Assembly: GCA_964016885.1 (NCBI GenBank) | Contig: OZ024740.1 | Coordinates: 391,220,001-391,284,000, forward strand | Source of the DNA: Eledone cirrhosa | Taxonomy: Eukaryota | Direction: 5' to 3' | Length of the DNA stretch: 64,000 bases | Shown here: positions 27,338 through 41,752 of the stretch, piece by piece | Position numbering within the stretch: position 1 is the first letter of the stretch | How the letters are laid out: the number at the start of each line of letters is the position of its first letter | Notes under the pieces: generated by a model | The model's input: only the letters and a program-made list of their open reading frames with translations | Databases searched by the model: none | What the model was told of the DNA's origin: nothing | Program-made: the position numbers and the translations under genes

Positions 27338-28110
27338 GATTCGACCCAGCAATCCCAAAATTCGAGCTGAACCATTCGGATTTTAATGTACGGAATACAT
27401 ACCACCACACTGTTATTAGCTGTCAACTGACACACTGGTCACTAGATCATAAATCTCCTAACCTTTCTTTCACTCTCTCCCTAAAGCCACATCAACCCCA
27501 TTAAGATATGACGATTAGCAGGCTAAACATTTACCACACACACATATCAAAATCCCCCTTCCCCGCCCATCCTTAGCCCTTAAATCTCATCCTCGTATCT
27601 CTCACTTAATTTTTAATTTATTGTTTTTTATCTTTTATCTGTCATTTGTGACTATCTCTTATTCTCTACACGCATGTATGTATGTATCTGATGTTGCTTT
27701 TCAAGTTAGTACTACCTCCACCCCCATATCCTTATACAGACACTTACTCACCACCACCACCACTATTATCAACTATCGTATTCTGTACTTATATTTTTTT
27801 ACTTATTTCTTTATATTATTATTATTTTTTTACTTTTTACATCTGTAACTTCTTTACCGCTTTAACATTATATTTTATTATTGATGTTATTGTTTTGATT
27901 CTACGCTGTATCTATATATACCATTGCCATAAATGAGTTCTCTAGTATTCAGAGGATTTGAACAGAGGTAAACACCGTATTTAAGGTCGAGTGACGTAAC
28001 TTCGAGTGATTAGCGGCCTTTAGACTCACCTGATCAATGAAACAATTGTTAATACTGTAAATAAAACCCCTTGTTGTACAGCCGACCATGTTATTCTTCA
28101 ATCTTTCAGT
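25780..28110 (+). mobile_element. PLE family C, 5'-truncated: GIY-YIG C-terminus plus ~2.1-kb 3' UTR
   Basis: MTVHRSQIK..EYRKIPLSEHIDTC..RISKESHFINKYGPRLN (stop at 25992) fits a PLE endonuclease end; same-strand hammerhead motif near the end; (TA)n flank. Confidence 0.7.
27944..28056 (+). ncRNA. Hammerhead-like motif, variant core CAGAGGA, long stem II insert
   Basis: AGTATT-CAGAGGA-TTTGA..~70 nt..TCAAT-GAAA-CAATTG-TT-AATACT; 6-bp stem I, palindromic ACAATTGT. Confidence 0.6.
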
Positions 28111-28130
28111 ATATATATATATATATATAT

Positions 28131-28309
28131 TGGCTTAGGTGGTTGATGGCTTCTTGACCACCATCTCAGTTTGTTTGGCCTTTATAACCTATGTTTATTG
28201 CTCTGGTCTTTATATTTGGTCCATGGAGCGCTTGCCAGCATAACTCGGATATTGCGTTTCGCTTTGTTTTCGACCACAGCCGAAATCCGAATCTCGCTGA
28301 AATTATATT

Positions 28310-28352
<43 letters not shown>

Positions 28353-29205
28353 GTATATATATATATGTATATATGTATATATTTATATATAATAATAATG
28401 AAATTATTGTGTACAGTGTTCAGGTGCACTACAACCCATCAAAGGTTCATGTATAGTACATACATAGAATAATGTACCAATGTCAGGAAAGTGAACAGTG
28501 TATGAATCCTGATATACATGTGTGCGTGTGTATGGGAGGGGGGGGGGGTCACGCGCGATATCAGGCGTAGAATTTCAGGAAGCATGGAGGTTTTATATAT
28601 AAATAAATATATATATATATCTAACCCATGCTAGCGTGGAAGATAGACGTTAAATATGATAATGATGATGATGATGATGATATATATATACATTCACAAA
28701 GTTGGTGCAGAGCAAAATTACCTGTTGATAACGTGATATTCCTTGTTCGATCATTATGATAAAAAGCTTATAGTTTTAAGCAGACAGTATTATTGATTTA
28801 GGTGTCATAGAAACCCTGCATTTGGATTTTACCATCATTTATTTTGTTTGACCTGTTTAGCTTGATTTGTTTTTTGGCTTAGGTGGTTAATGCCTTCTTG
28901 ACCACTTTTTCAGTTTGTATGGCGTTTTAACATAATTGTTTCTACTTTTGGCACAAGGCCGGCAATTACCCAGTGTATTACTGGTACTTTATTTTATCGA
29001 CCCTGTAAGGATGAAAGGAAAAGTTAACCTCAGCGGGATTTGAACTCAGATCGTAAAGGGACGTAACTACGCTGGAAAGCATTTCTGACCCTCTACCAAT
29101 ACTGCCAATTCAATGTTTAGCTTAACTATTGGAGCGCTTGCCAGCATATCTACGATTTTGCTTTTTCTACCAACTGAAATACGATTCTCGTTGAATTTAT
29201 ATTTA
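28131..29205. repeat. Two diverged copies of an unclassified (TA)n-flanked repeat, the second interrupted by SINE A (28933-29108, minus)
   Basis: 'tggcttaggtggtt.atg.cttcttgacca' and 'ggagcgcttgccagcata' each occur twice. Confidence 0.6.
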
Positions 29206-29285
<80 letters not shown>

Positions 29286-29339
29286 ATGTGTGTGTGTATA
29301 TATATATATATATATGTGTGTGTGTATATATATATATCA

Positions 29340-29966
29340 TTTCATTTTACTGCTAGCAAGGGTGGGACGGGAACTGATTCTGGCTTGATTTCTACAGCTG
29401 GATGCCCTTCCTAACACCAACCTCATTTACAGTGAGTACTGGGTGCTTTTTTCCGTGGCGCCTACACGTCCACTTTACAGTGTGGGCTGGGTGCTTTTTT
29501 GCCGTGGCACCTCCACGACCATTTTGCAGTGGAATGATAGTGACCCCAGTTCCTATCATCTCATTTCTACAGCTGAGTAAACTGGAGCAATGTGAAATAA
29601 AGTGACTTGCTCAAGGAAACAACACATCACCCGGTCTGAGAATTGAACTCACAACATTTCGATTGCAAGGCCAATGCTCTAACCACTAAGCCATGTACCT
29701 CCGCATGCATTCTCAGACCGGGTGATGTGTTGTTTCCTTGAGCAAGACACTTTATTTCACATTGCCCCAGTTTACTCAGCTGTAGAAATGAGATGATAGG
29801 GACTGGGGTCACTATCATTCCACTGCAAAGTGGTCGTGGAGGTGCCACGGCAAAAAAGCACCCAGCCCACACTGTAAAGTGGACGTGTAGGCGCCACGGA
29901 AAAAAGCACCCAGCACTCACTGTAAATGAGGTTGGTGTTAGGAAGGGCATCCAGCTGTAGAAATCA
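29340..29966. mobile_element. CORE-like SINE with fold-back duplicate (head-to-head)
   Basis: ~29385-29643 is inverted at ~29710-29966. Confidence 0.85.
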
Positions 29967-29994
29967 ATATATATTTATATAAATATATATATAT

Positions 29995-30236
29995 GGATGG
30001 GCGGGGAAGGGGGATTTTGATATGTGTGTGTGGTAAATGCTTAGCCTGCTAATTGTCTTATCTTAATGGGGTTGATGTGGCTTTAGGGAGAGAGAGTGAA
30101 AGAAAGGTTAGGAGATTTATGATCTAGTGACCAGTGTGTCAGTTGACAGCTAATAAGAGTGTGGTGGTATGTATTCCGTACATTAAAATCCGGGTGGTTC
30201 AGCTCGAATTTTGGCATTGCTGGGTCGAATCATGTA
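29995..30236 (-). mobile_element. Inverted fragment of the PLE-C 3' UTR
   Basis: Reverse complement of ~27333-27572. Confidence 0.8.
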
Positions 30237-30260
30237 TATATATATATATATATATATATA

Positions 30261-33057
30261 GGTCACGGGGGTAGCCATGGGTACAAGAATGGGCCCAAAC
30301 TATGCCAACCTTTTTGTTGGCCATGTTGAAGCCCAAATCTATGCCCAGTACACCGGCCCCACGCCCGAACTGTACGGTCGTTACATCGACGACTGTATCG
30401 GAGCCACGACCCTCACCCGAGAACAGCTCGACTCCTTTCTCTCCTTCTTCTGCTCCTTCCACCCCTCCCTCCACTTCACCACCTCTATCTCCACCACTCA
30501 TGTCCACTTCTTCGACATCTCCGTCGCCTTCGACCCCTCCCACCACTCCCTCGTCACCTCCGCCTTCTTCAAACCCACCGACTCCCACTCCTACCTCGAC
30601 TTCACCTCTTCCCACCTCACACACACTCTAAACACTCTATTCCCTACTCCCAACTCCTCAGGATCCGCCGCCTCTGTAGCCGAGATGCTGACTTTGAGTC
30701 CCAGGCCCTTTCCCTAGTCAGCCATTTCATCCGCAGAGCTGAACCCCCCCCCCCCTCTCGTCCACACCACTCTCACCCACGCCCGTGCTGTCCACCGCTC
30801 CACCACCCTCACCCCACGCCACCTCAACCCAACCACCGTCTCCCCTTCCCCATCACCTACCACCCCTCCACCATACCCCTCCACCGCACCATCCTCCGCC
30901 TCCAGTCCGACCCCTCCACCTCCCACATCTTCCCAGCCCCACCACTCCCCTCCTTCAAACGCGCACGCAATCTCCGCACCCTCCTCGTCCACAGCTCCCC
31001 CCCAACCCCCCCGGTTCCCTTCCCTGTTCCAGGCCCCGCTGCAACACCTGTTCCCACATCACCAACACCACCACCTTCCAGGGTCCCAACGGTCACTCTC
31101 TCTCTGTCCGGCATGCCTTCCGCTGCACCTCCTCCAAACTAGTCTACGGAATTCGCTGCACGGAGTGCAGCGCGACCTACGTCAGACAGACTGGACGTCG
31201 CCTGGCGGACAGGTTTACTGAACACCTCCGAGATATTCGTCTCGGTGGTAGTTCCCCCATCGCCCGCCACTTTGGTGCCCCTGGACATTCCGCACACCAC
31301 CTCACAGTCTGTGGCCTACTCCAATGCCACGGAACACCCGCCACTCTCCTCAGGGTCGAACAACGAACCATCTTCACCCTACATACCCACACTCCCCCGG
31401 CCTGAACTCCCCACCCTTATTCCTTTAGCCTTCGACCGCCCCCTCCCCCCACATATATCCCCCACTAACACCACTAACACACCCCTCCTTTTCACCGCCC
31501 ACCCCACAACTAACAATACTAACACCTCCACCCACACTCGACCACCCTTCCCCAACTAACATACTAACATCCCTCCCTTCTTCTCCTCCCCCCTCCTTAT
31601 CACACGCACACACCCACCGGTACATATATACACGCGCTCGCACTAAACACACACCCTACTACCACCACTAACCCTCACCCCCACACATCCACCCCACCAC
31701 CCCGCAACTAACATCCCTAACACCCCCGACCCCAAGCACACGAACACACACACCCACTTACACCACCCATTCTACACGCAACTAACATCACTAACACCCC
31801 CAACCCTACGCACACGAACACACACACCCTCTTACACCACCAACTCTACACACCCTACCACCACTGACCCCCACTCACACCCGCATTCAACCCTTTCTCC
31901 ACCTCCAGTATACTAACACCCCCTTCACCACACACACACTCATCCAAACATGCACACTCATCCAAACACGCACACACACACCAGTACACTACACTCCCTC
32001 CATCGGCCCCCACACCCTTCTCTCCCCGCACCACCAACACCCTTTCTCTCACACACACACACGCATCCCACTAACACCTCTACTAGTACCCCCCCTCACT
32101 CCAACTTTCGCACCTACCCATCCTCTCCCCTGTCCACCGCACCTCCGCATCACTGACACACCGACTTTCTTCACTTACCATTCTACCCTACTGCTGCTAT
32201 GCCCTTATCTCTGACCACTTCCCCGCACACACAGACACACAACCCTCCTCCTGCCTTGACCCTCTGACCACTGCCTGTGGCGCGCGCACCCTACATCTCC
32301 CCTCTTCCGACCAATCTCTTCACGGATTACACCTATGTGAACATCGATCCCTAGAATCCACCAAATCCCAAGGATATTACTCAGCATTCCACCACATCGT
32401 CTACGGAACTACCTTAAGGACTCACCCACTGACATACACCCCAAAAAAATTTTTCCCCACACGCCACCTACATCCACAACACGCATAAACACCACACACA
32501 CACACGTGCGTACCACCACATATTTACACATTCAGCCTCCGGAATCCTCTCCCCCCACCCTCTATCCACACACGCACACACACTCTGACCTACACCCCAC
32601 CCCACACACACCTCTTCCTGAACATGCAACCCCGTTCTTCCCCCAACTCTTACTTTCACATACACACACACACACACGTACACCTACACACACACACACC
32701 ACCTTCAGCCCTCCCCGCTCGGACACCCCGCCTCCCTCTCCCCACTCCACCCGCCACCACCCTACACGCCCCACACCCTTCCACCACCTGTTTTACTTCA
32801 TGTGTATTTTTATTTTTATTTTTATCATGCTTTCATATTTAATTTCATTTGTACCGTTTCCTCTCACCCCATTTTTTCTATATGTCTCTCCACCACTCCC
32901 CTACACACCCTTGGAACTCTCTTCCCACACACTTTTCACCTGAAGAAGGGCTTATGCCCGAAAAGTCGTTCCCCACCACCACCCCACTCTCAAGAGCGTG
33001 AAACTAATAAACCTTTGTTCGTACTGCCTCTGTTTTGTTCCCGTTCAATTTTTTACT
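30261..33057 (+). mobile_element. PLE family A, second copy, truncated within RT
   Basis: Starts after (TA)n at GVAMGTRMGPNYANLF; has YIDD, GIY-YIG and the same 3' UTR; hammerhead-like core at 32940-32967. Confidence 0.92.
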
Positions 33058-33294
33058 ATCATCATCATCATCATCATCATCATCAACGTTTAACGTCCGT
33101 GTTCCACGCTTGCATGGGTTTGGACGGGGGTAGTCCCACTTGAGGCAAGAGTGATTGTCTTGCTCGCATATATATATATATATATATATATAAATATATA
33201 TAGTAAAATAACGGAGGACCAGATCACCCACACTTCACACTTCATAGATGTACTGAAGATGAACGGATACCCAACATATGTATATATATGTATA

Positions 33295-33810
33295 TAACTT
33301 TGATAACTTTGATAGGTTTTGGCCAGCATTGGCCCTAGGCCATGTCTAACTTAATAGCACCACCTGGCGAAGTTTTTCAAATCAGGATTTGGATACTATG
33401 GCTCATTCAAGAAAAAAAGTTATTGTTTGCGGAGACATATCTGGGTGTAGGAGGTTTATCCGGGATTTCTTGAAGGAATTTGTCCAAAGACTTCTTGAAC
33501 TTTATGGGGTCTGTTTCTGTTTTAATGTGTTTTGGTGTAATGTTAGGGAGAGCGGGACCAATTGAGGTGAAATAATTGTGCCGTATTGTTGTTATTAGAT
33601 GCGAGTTTGATTTTTGTTGTGGGCGGATAGCACGGGGCCCAAGCCTTGGGTGTAGTTTAAAGGCGATGCCAACATCATTTGGGCAATGTTGATGAAACAT
33701 TTTCCACATCATGCAGATAATGTAGCGTCTACGGCGGCGTTGGAGAGAATACAGTTTTCTAGTCGACCCCAATAGTCAAGGCCTGACATGCCATCCATCT
33801 CTTTCGAGAT
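33295..33810 (-). mobile_element. CR1/L2-like LINE 3' fragment
   Basis: LYSLQRRRRRYIICMMWKM...FKKSLDKFLQEIPDKP; short tandem tail (ATCAAAGTT)2. Confidence 0.7.
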
Positions 33811-33890
33811 TGACCTTTTATGTATGTATATGCACGTATATGTATATATGTATGCATATATATTTATCTATATGTATTTGTATATATATG

Positions 33891-33933
<43 letters not shown>

Positions 33934-33982
33934 TGAATGAAGTTGTACGGGAGAGGAAAAACAACCGTACAACTTCATTCAG

Positions 33983-34025
33983 ACCGAGCTGAGGATCCAC
34001 ATAAGGTGAAACATTTGTTCTCGGT
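33983..34025 (+). ncRNA. Minimal hammerhead ribozyme in a ~190-bp (TA)n islet
   Basis: ACCGAG-CTGAGGA-TCC acataa GGT-GAAA-CATTTG-TT-CTCGGT; preceded by an 18-bp-arm hairpin at 33933-33982. Confidence 0.72.
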
Positions 34026-34118
34026 ATGGGGAACTAACTGTTGTGGAACTACTTCTACCTAACTCGTCCCATGTACCGAGTGCTCTACTACTACGGATAT
34101 AACCCTCCAGTGTTCTAC

Positions 34119-34179
<61 letters not shown>

Positions 34180-34184
<5 letters not shown>

Positions 34185-34620
34185 ATACTTGGGGAGGGTC
34201 ATATTGTTATAATAATATTGCCTATTGCCAGAATTAATAACAGAACACATTCACTGTTTGGTTGATTTTCGCTTCTGTATCTTTTATTGACCAACGGTTA
34301 AAAATACAGATATAAATATATATATGTATATATAGTCTATCAAAGTTCTTTCGTTGCACATCTGCAACATCATCAGTGGTACTATTATGTTTCCTCCTGT
34401 TGTATTGTATGTCTACGCCATTTTTATTTTGATAGACTATATATATTTATATCTGTATTTTTAACCGTTGGTCAATCAATGATAAACGTTAATTGCCAAA
34501 TAAATTAAATATGGAGATATAAAAGATACAGAAGTGAAAACCAACCAAACAGTGAGTGTATTCTGTTATTATTTCTGGCAATATTATTACAATATGATCC
34601 TCTCCAAGTATAATAATATT
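34180..34620 (-). mobile_element. PLE-B-related pseudo-LTR islet with inverted duplications and a hammerhead at 34337-34383
   Basis: End 'gttatacttggggagggtcat' resembles PLE-B; minus strand CTGATGA-T-GTTGCA gatg TGCAAC-GAAA-GAAC-TT. Confidence 0.7.
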
Positions 34621-34842
34621 TGTTTCGACACACGATTTCATATAAAAAACCTTGCAAAACAAATATATATATATATATATAATAAATAAATACAATATCG
34701 GAGAAAGCTTTTTAGCGATACTCCGGCCAAATTCCAACTCACTCAACAAACATTAGGAAATAAGTGATTATATTCCCAATTATGCATTCGGGGTGCTAAC
34801 TAAAAGTATTATTTCATATGAGACATATCGAATATATCTCTT

Positions 34843-34969
34843 CCCAGACGGACGTTTTGTTTCATTATAGGATTCCTACAATTTGGGTTAAATTATACTA
34901 ATTTATGTAGGAGCTTGTATACCATCAATAGATATATATTCAAGTGGGCTCCTATAATTCATCAGTGGG
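34843..34969 (-). ncRNA. Hammerhead ribozyme with long stem II insert
   Basis: CCCA-CTGATGA-ATTATAGGA..~80 nt..TCCTATAAT-GAAAC-aaaacgtcc-GTC-TGGG; perfect 9-bp stem II base. Confidence 0.7.
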
Positions 34970-35253
34970 TGCCCCAATAATACTAATATTGATAATCTAA
35001 TCAACATCAGTATTTAGCGATAATCATCATCTGTACCTGAGGTATCAGTCAGGTTGCCAGTCCAGCAGTTCTAAAGAAATGCTCAAACTGATTCAAAAAT
35101 GAGGAAGTAAATTACCGCCAAAAAAACAATACATGCGCATGACAATGAGCTCTAAAGGGAATTCAGGCCACGTGCTAAGAACTCAATTGGAAATTGAAAA
35201 AATATCTATGTGTGTACAACATTTGATGACACACACAGATATTTTCTCGGGCA

Positions 35254-35333
<80 letters not shown>

Positions 35334-35426
35334 ATATATATATATATATATGTATGTATATATATATATATATGTATATACATATATATATATACATATA
35401 TATATATGTATGTATATATATATATG

Positions 35427-35466
<40 letters not shown>

Positions 35467-35471
35467 TATAT

Positions 35472-35545
<74 letters not shown>

Positions 35546-35982
35546 AGACTATATGTACAAGATATAATTTTTAATGACATATGAAAAAGACCCAGATTGA
35601 CTTTTTGAAAAAAGAGGGATTAGATAACTTTTATCTACAAAAGAAAATATTTGTTCACATTTGACATTGGGGATTACTTTCTACCAATATGGAAACAACT
35701 CCTTCGGAAAGGCCTCAATTTCGAAAATTCATGCCACTATATATATATATGAATTATAAATAACACACGGAAATCTTTTGTTTTCTCCGATGGCAGGGTT
35801 TAAATAATGAAGGATATCGCAAACCCTTTCGATTTGGGTATGAATGTGCAAATACACGCAGTATTATTATTGGTGTATTTATTCTAGATCTAATGTAAAA
35901 GAAATCCAATCCAACTTAATAAAAAAAAAGATGGATTTCAATATCTAGGATTTAGGAACAAATTAAAAAAAGTACTAGAATT

Positions 35983-36165
35983 TCTTCTTCTTCTCCCACT
36001 TATTCATAAGAGGGTAGTGGGGACAGTGTCCTCAAATACAACTTCCAGCGGACCCTGTCAGAAACAACCGTCTCCAACTGATCCGGCTGGATCCCCAAGT
36101 GAGACCAGCCAAACTCATGGATGTTATTCAACAATCTTGCTCGGGTACTATTTCTGGGTCTCCCG
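35983..36165 (-). mobile_element. RTE-like LINE extreme 3' end
   Basis: GRPR..W..LGIQP..VSDRVRWK peptide and (GAA)n tail; related remnant at ~37010-37110. Confidence 0.55.
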
Positions 36166-36597
36166 CTGAATTCCTGAAACTGAAAATTACAATCACCACC
36201 CTTCTGAAAATTGTAAGATATTTTTATGTTACCTTCGACCTGAATAAGTATACAACCTTCCCACGTACCAGAAATGTAGCAATACCATTTTATGTATAAA
36301 CAATAAAACAAATCAATAATCTCACCATTGAAATAAGCAAATTTCATAATGTTTTTTCTAATTGGACATCTTACAACCGGGCGGCGTATGCATGCACAAA
36401 TGCTTTAAAACTTAACGTTTGTAAATATGTAATTGAATCCAATCGACAATTTAAAACTGTAAAGGATGGAAACCTACTAGGAAAATATTATGAAATAATC
36501 CCCGCATTTTCGTTTAATGTAAGAATAAGAAAAGACAAAAACATTATCCATGTAGTAAATAGGCATGATCTAATCGAATATAAGTACACAACATTAT

Positions 36598-36960
36598 TGG
36601 CAGTATCGGTAGAGGGCCGGACGCCATGCTTTGCAGCATAGAGTTACGGCCCTTTATGATCTGAGTTCAAATCCCGCCGAGGTTAACTTTACCTTTCATT
36701 CTTTCGGGGTCGATAAAATAAAGTACCAGTCACGCACTGGAGTCGATTTGATCGACTTTCCTCTTCCCCAAAATAGCTGGCCTTGTGCCTATATAAGAAA
36801 CCATTATTTATCATTATAGAATAGTTACGTCCCTTTACAGTCTGAGTTCAAAGCCCGCCGGGGTTAACTTTGCCTTTCATCCTTACGGGGTTGATAAAAT
36901 AAAGTACCAGCAATGTACTGTGATAATTGCTGGCCTTGTGCCAAAAAGTAGAAACAATTA
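36598..36960 (+). mobile_element. Two tandem SINE family A copies
   Basis: Core present twice (36660-36730 and 36842-36912). Confidence 0.85.
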
Positions 36961-37747
36961 TTTATCATTAATTTACTCAAACTAAGCTCATCTACAATGC
37001 CGAAGTTTGCACACTCCTTTCAGCAGGTGATGTCAGAAGCATCCGTCTCTAATTGATCCGACTGGATCCCCAGTCAAGACCAGCTGAGCTCATGGAATTG
37101 TACGGGTGTTGGAGAATCCTAGAGGTCAGATGAATTGATGGCGGTTGAAGAGAACTTAAAGATTAAATGAACGAATTTGCCTCCGTTAAAATATTTATAT
37201 GGCAAAAGGTGTGTAATTTTCTAATTGGTTTCGTGATTAACATTATAGATTGATGTATTTTTACGTCTAATGTTGCGGGCATTGCAGAATTATCTTCCAT
37301 ATTTTATTTTATTTTTTATTGTTCGAAGGAAATTCTGAAAGTTAGTCATAGGTACAATACAGACGAATCAAAATACTGTAACATTCAAAACTGGTTGATC
37401 TTCTGTTTCAAATCATCATGTTGTTTGTTTGGTTCAAAGGTCTCAACGTTTAGGGTAATATTAAATGGTATTTTGGACCCCAACTTTGGGAAATTAGTAA
37501 CATGGCAAAAATTAAAAATGACGAATGCATAATGCAAAATGATGTTATAAATGTGACCCTCGCCAATAAACAAAACTGGGCGAATTTGTACATACGGGAA
37601 ATATTACTGTAGGCCTCTAGTAAGCAGTTTGTAGTTGCTTTCACCGACATTGAACACCCAAGACATTTGTTGTTCAAAAAGTCAAGGATTTGCTCATTGT
37701 TTCTGTTTACAACAGCAAATTTAGACTCGAGTATATTTAGAGTAGAG

Positions 37748-37985
37748 CAATGTGGTAAAGGTGTTGGACTTACGATCGCAATGTCGTGGGTTCGATTCCT
37801 GGGCTGGGTTGTGTGGTGTATTCTTGAGCAAAACACTTCATTTCACGTTGTTCCAGTATACTCAGCTGAAAATGAGTACCAGCAATAGCTGGAAGTTTAA
37901 CCCAGCAATGGACGTGCGTCCTGTCCAGGGAGAAGTCTTATACTGTCAGTCGCTTCACACCATGGAAACAGGATAAGACTCACCG
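37748..37985 (+). mobile_element. CORE-like tRNA-derived SINE
   Basis: B-box GGTTCGATTCC; 'ttcttgagcaaaacacttcatttcac'. Confidence 0.7.
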
Positions 37986-39571
37986 TGCTGCTTGCAGCAC
38001 ACGAGGGCATGCATGCAGAGCAACTTTGGCCTAAAACGTATTAAACTAGTATTGGTTCGAGGAGATTGGACTTAAGCTGCAAGCGATTAAGGAAATTGTA
38101 AGAGAAGCCATTGCTGGAAGACCTCTCACCTTCAATCACACAAGCTCACAGATATAATGCTTTCCCTCAACGCACAGACATCGACAGTGTCCAAACTAAA
38201 TATCAATTTCGCCCAGTCTTAGTGGTTATGCAAATGCCTTTGGCAGTCCCTTCTCATTCAAATAACTAGGTCTAGATAACGTGTAATTACATAACTCAAC
38301 TACAGTATTGTCATAGAATCTAGGCAGGAAGAAATAGTCAAAGACAATGGAATTTTAACTTGGAATTGTATGGCAGTAATCGTGATCGAATAAACAATTT
38401 TCTGCAGTCTATTGTAATTTTATTTTTCTGTCATCAGACCTGTCAACTCTCCTCGTCCGACGGGGGAAATCTCCCACTCACTTTGGGATGGGTGAGAGAT
38501 GTCTTCTCTTGTGAAAATGGGTATAGCTTTCATTATGTAAAATCTTCCAATTTTACCTCATTTCTCCCCGTTTTGGGGTATTGTTTTGCATGTTATTCCC
38601 TATTTGGGTTTATAGAAGTTGGCAGGTCTGCTGTCATTGTATTTTAATTGATTGTTCATTTCATTTATTTTCTCCGTGTTTATCGTCTGGTAGAGTTGCA
38701 TTCAATATTAACAATTAATCGTGTAGCTAAGCCATTTCATTTTACAAATCATGAATGATACCGGAGCTGTAATGTTAAAAGCAAAATAAGAATTTAAACA
38801 TTTAATCTTGCAGTCTAGTTTTCAATTCTGTCCATTAAGAAATTTTATCCATTTATAATACTAATTTGCGCTATGCCGTTTATGAATCTCTTACTCTAGA
38901 TTTGTAATTGTTTTTAAATCTCTTTTCTAGAAATTATGCAATGTAAAGTAACACACCAAAAGAATAAATCAATATTGTCTAGGTTACTTCCTAAACGCAC
39001 TATTAAGTTTTACAATGGCTTCAAAATTTTGCAATATCATTTATCTAAATTGATACACTTTGCATTAAGTACTGCTAGTTTCTTTACAATTTTTATAAGT
39101 GTACACTCCCGATGTATAGGTTCATTTCTTACTATGTTTCACATGATATTGAACCTTTCACTATCATACAGTATGGCCGACGTATTGAAAGTACACACAT
39201 TAAAACTCATATATTGTATAACAAGCTCATTGTATGAGCTTTTTAAAAGTACTTACTGGTAATTAACTAGAATGACTTGCTTAGAAGGCAGTTTTCTCTT
39301 TTTAGCAGTTTTAAGTGTTATTTCGTGGTTAGGTTAATAAAGTGTTGTGAGGATAAGACTTGGGGGCTATAAGGGAAAATGGGTTAAGATGCTGAGATAT
39401 GTAATAATTTTAGTCTTCTTTGGTAGAGAATCGTTTCAGTTTCTAATGTGTGATTATAAGCATCTCTTTCAATAGGGTTGGCCATCGATACCTGGAGGCT
39501 GTCTTCAAGGCAGCTGGCTTCGGTCTCGTCTTCAGAGTCTGGATCGCTGTAATGCACAGCGGCATCTGTAC

Positions 39572-39762
39572 GGTGGATTGGCAGTATCGGTAGAGCGTTG
39601 GACATTCTTTGCGGCATAGAGTTATGTTCTGAGTTCAAATCCCACCGAGGTTAGCTTTGCCTTTCATCCTTACGGGGTCGATACAATAAAGCACCAGTAA
39701 GTGCTGGGATTTGCCTCTCCCCTTCAAATTGCTGGCCTCGTGCCTAAAGTAGAAGCAATTAT
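39572..39762 (+). mobile_element. SINE family A
   Basis: Head, core and tail. Confidence 0.85.
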
Positions 39763-40917
39763 TATAAATTTTAATGATGATAGCGCTGCAAGTTTACATT
39801 ATTAAATCAATTTACTTTGAAATGATAACTCTTCGTCATACCTCATGAGATCTTCAATTTTTACATTCAATCTTGCCTCAAAAGCAAGACCCAGCTACAT
39901 TGTGTAGAAAGTCTCCCTGGTATACAGCAGTTAAATCTGTTTTATACGTTCAGTAACGGTTAGATATTATTTGCTGAAATTTGCAACCAGCGAATGTAAT
40001 TCTCATAACGACATTTCTTCTCATACACTCATGGGAAATAGTATTGACCCAAGGTTTGTTTATATTTACACATCAAATCATAGAGTTAACATACATGCGT
40101 CAGAAATGAAATTCAATAAACACTAAATGAAATAAGAAGGAATAAATTTATTTTGATAATTTGATTTTAAAGAGGATGTCCTAATGAAATAAAACCCCAA
40201 AACATACACCTGACATTTTGATTTGTTTATGGTTAGTGGCTGTTATTGGCTTATTATTTTGTGGGAGGGGTAAATAATGAAGATTCATAGTAAATACAGT
40301 GCATAAATCGATTCTACAGCGAAATCAATTAATTATCAAACATAACATTTTTACAATCATAATGGTGCTTAAAAATTTGTGTAAAAAAATACGTACCCAT
40401 TGGGAGTTGAATGTGTGCTTTCATGCACAGTCTTTACAGAATTACATAGAAATAACACTTGGATGATCAAAAAGGGAGATAATTTTTTCAACTTTTTTTT
40501 TTATTATTGTCATATTAAAATAAATTGTATTAGAAAATTCTATTTGCACAACCATTATTTTTCATTATCTTACCAGTGTTATATGAATTGTCTTAGTGTT
40601 GCATTTGAGTCTCATCTGCATAAATTGTAAAACAATTCATATTCTATAAGCTATATATCAACCGAATTGGTTCGTTCACAACTGTTCACAAGAAAGTGAA
40701 ATGAATTTATGGAACTTATTTATTCTTTGTGTATGTGTATGTTTTTCAGCAAATTTCAATAACAGAGAATGAGAGAGAGAGAGAGGGAGAGAGAGAGAGA
40801 GTGAGAGAGAGAGGGGGGATTTTGTAGAGTAAGAGAAAGAAGATAATCTATCAATACCACAAGCAAATTGTATGATGCGATAGAATAGATGAAAAGGAGA
40901 AAAAATTTGACAGCAAT

Positions 40918-41061
40918 CTATGAATCACACGCCAGTCGCCAAGCATTCAGTTTACGAAGCTTTATTAATGTACTGAAGCCTTTAGTAGTGTTTTTACACA
41001 GCATTGGTTTGATGCGCTTCCCATGTGATCGGTTACGAGCATACTCCACGTGGAATACAGC
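40918..41061 (-). CDS. GH114 glycoside hydrolase, coding exon 4 (last)
   Basis: ttttcag|GCT acceptor, phase 0; AVFHVEYARNRSHGKRIKPMLCKNTTKGFSTLIKLRKLNAWRLACDS*; too short for the ORF track. Confidence 0.88.
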   Translation of the reverse strand, partial: AVFHVEYARNRSHGKRIKPMLCKNTTKGFSTLIKLRKLNAWRLACDS

Positions 41062-41655
41062 CTGAAAAAGAGAAAAAGTACACTTTATTAATATATATAT
41101 ATATATATATATAAAACAACTAGAAATTGATTAACATATAAATAAACATATGAAACAATCACAGGGGATAATTTTTACAAGTGTGCAAGCACACATAGCT
41201 AGGTAGGTAACTAAATAAAATTAACTAGATACCTTATAATATGATTAATCTTCCCTGTATATATTCCATTAAAGAAATATATTTCACCAATTAATCGAAT
41301 GGTAAACCACGGAGGCCGATACTTGGATTTTCAACAAGGAAGAAGTCCAGCCATCTGTGTTTACGCATTAAGTTCAAATCAGCGACTGGCCAGTAAGACG
41401 TGCTGTATCTACTAAAAATACACACATCATACCAGCTTCGTCCCAGTGACGTGAATAGGGTTATCGACAACTAGAAACAGCAGTCAAGTCCTTTCAACAG
41501 AGTTAGCTCTACAATTAAGGAGCCGTATTTATATATCTATATCCAAAATTAAGATAAATCAAAGTGAATTTAATCTAAATCAAAATTATGGGTGTTATAC
41601 CAGAAAGGCATGACACCCATAATTTTGATTTAGATTAAATTCACTTTAATTTTGG

Positions 41656-41714
<59 letters not shown>

Positions 41715-41752
41715 ATATTAATAAATGGAAACTATATTTATAAAACCATAAT

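Noticed and set aside
41270-41500. Hammerhead-like half motifs (minus TTGAAAA..GAAATATAT; plus GAAACAGCAGTC)
   Set aside because: No complete stem I and core could be assembled
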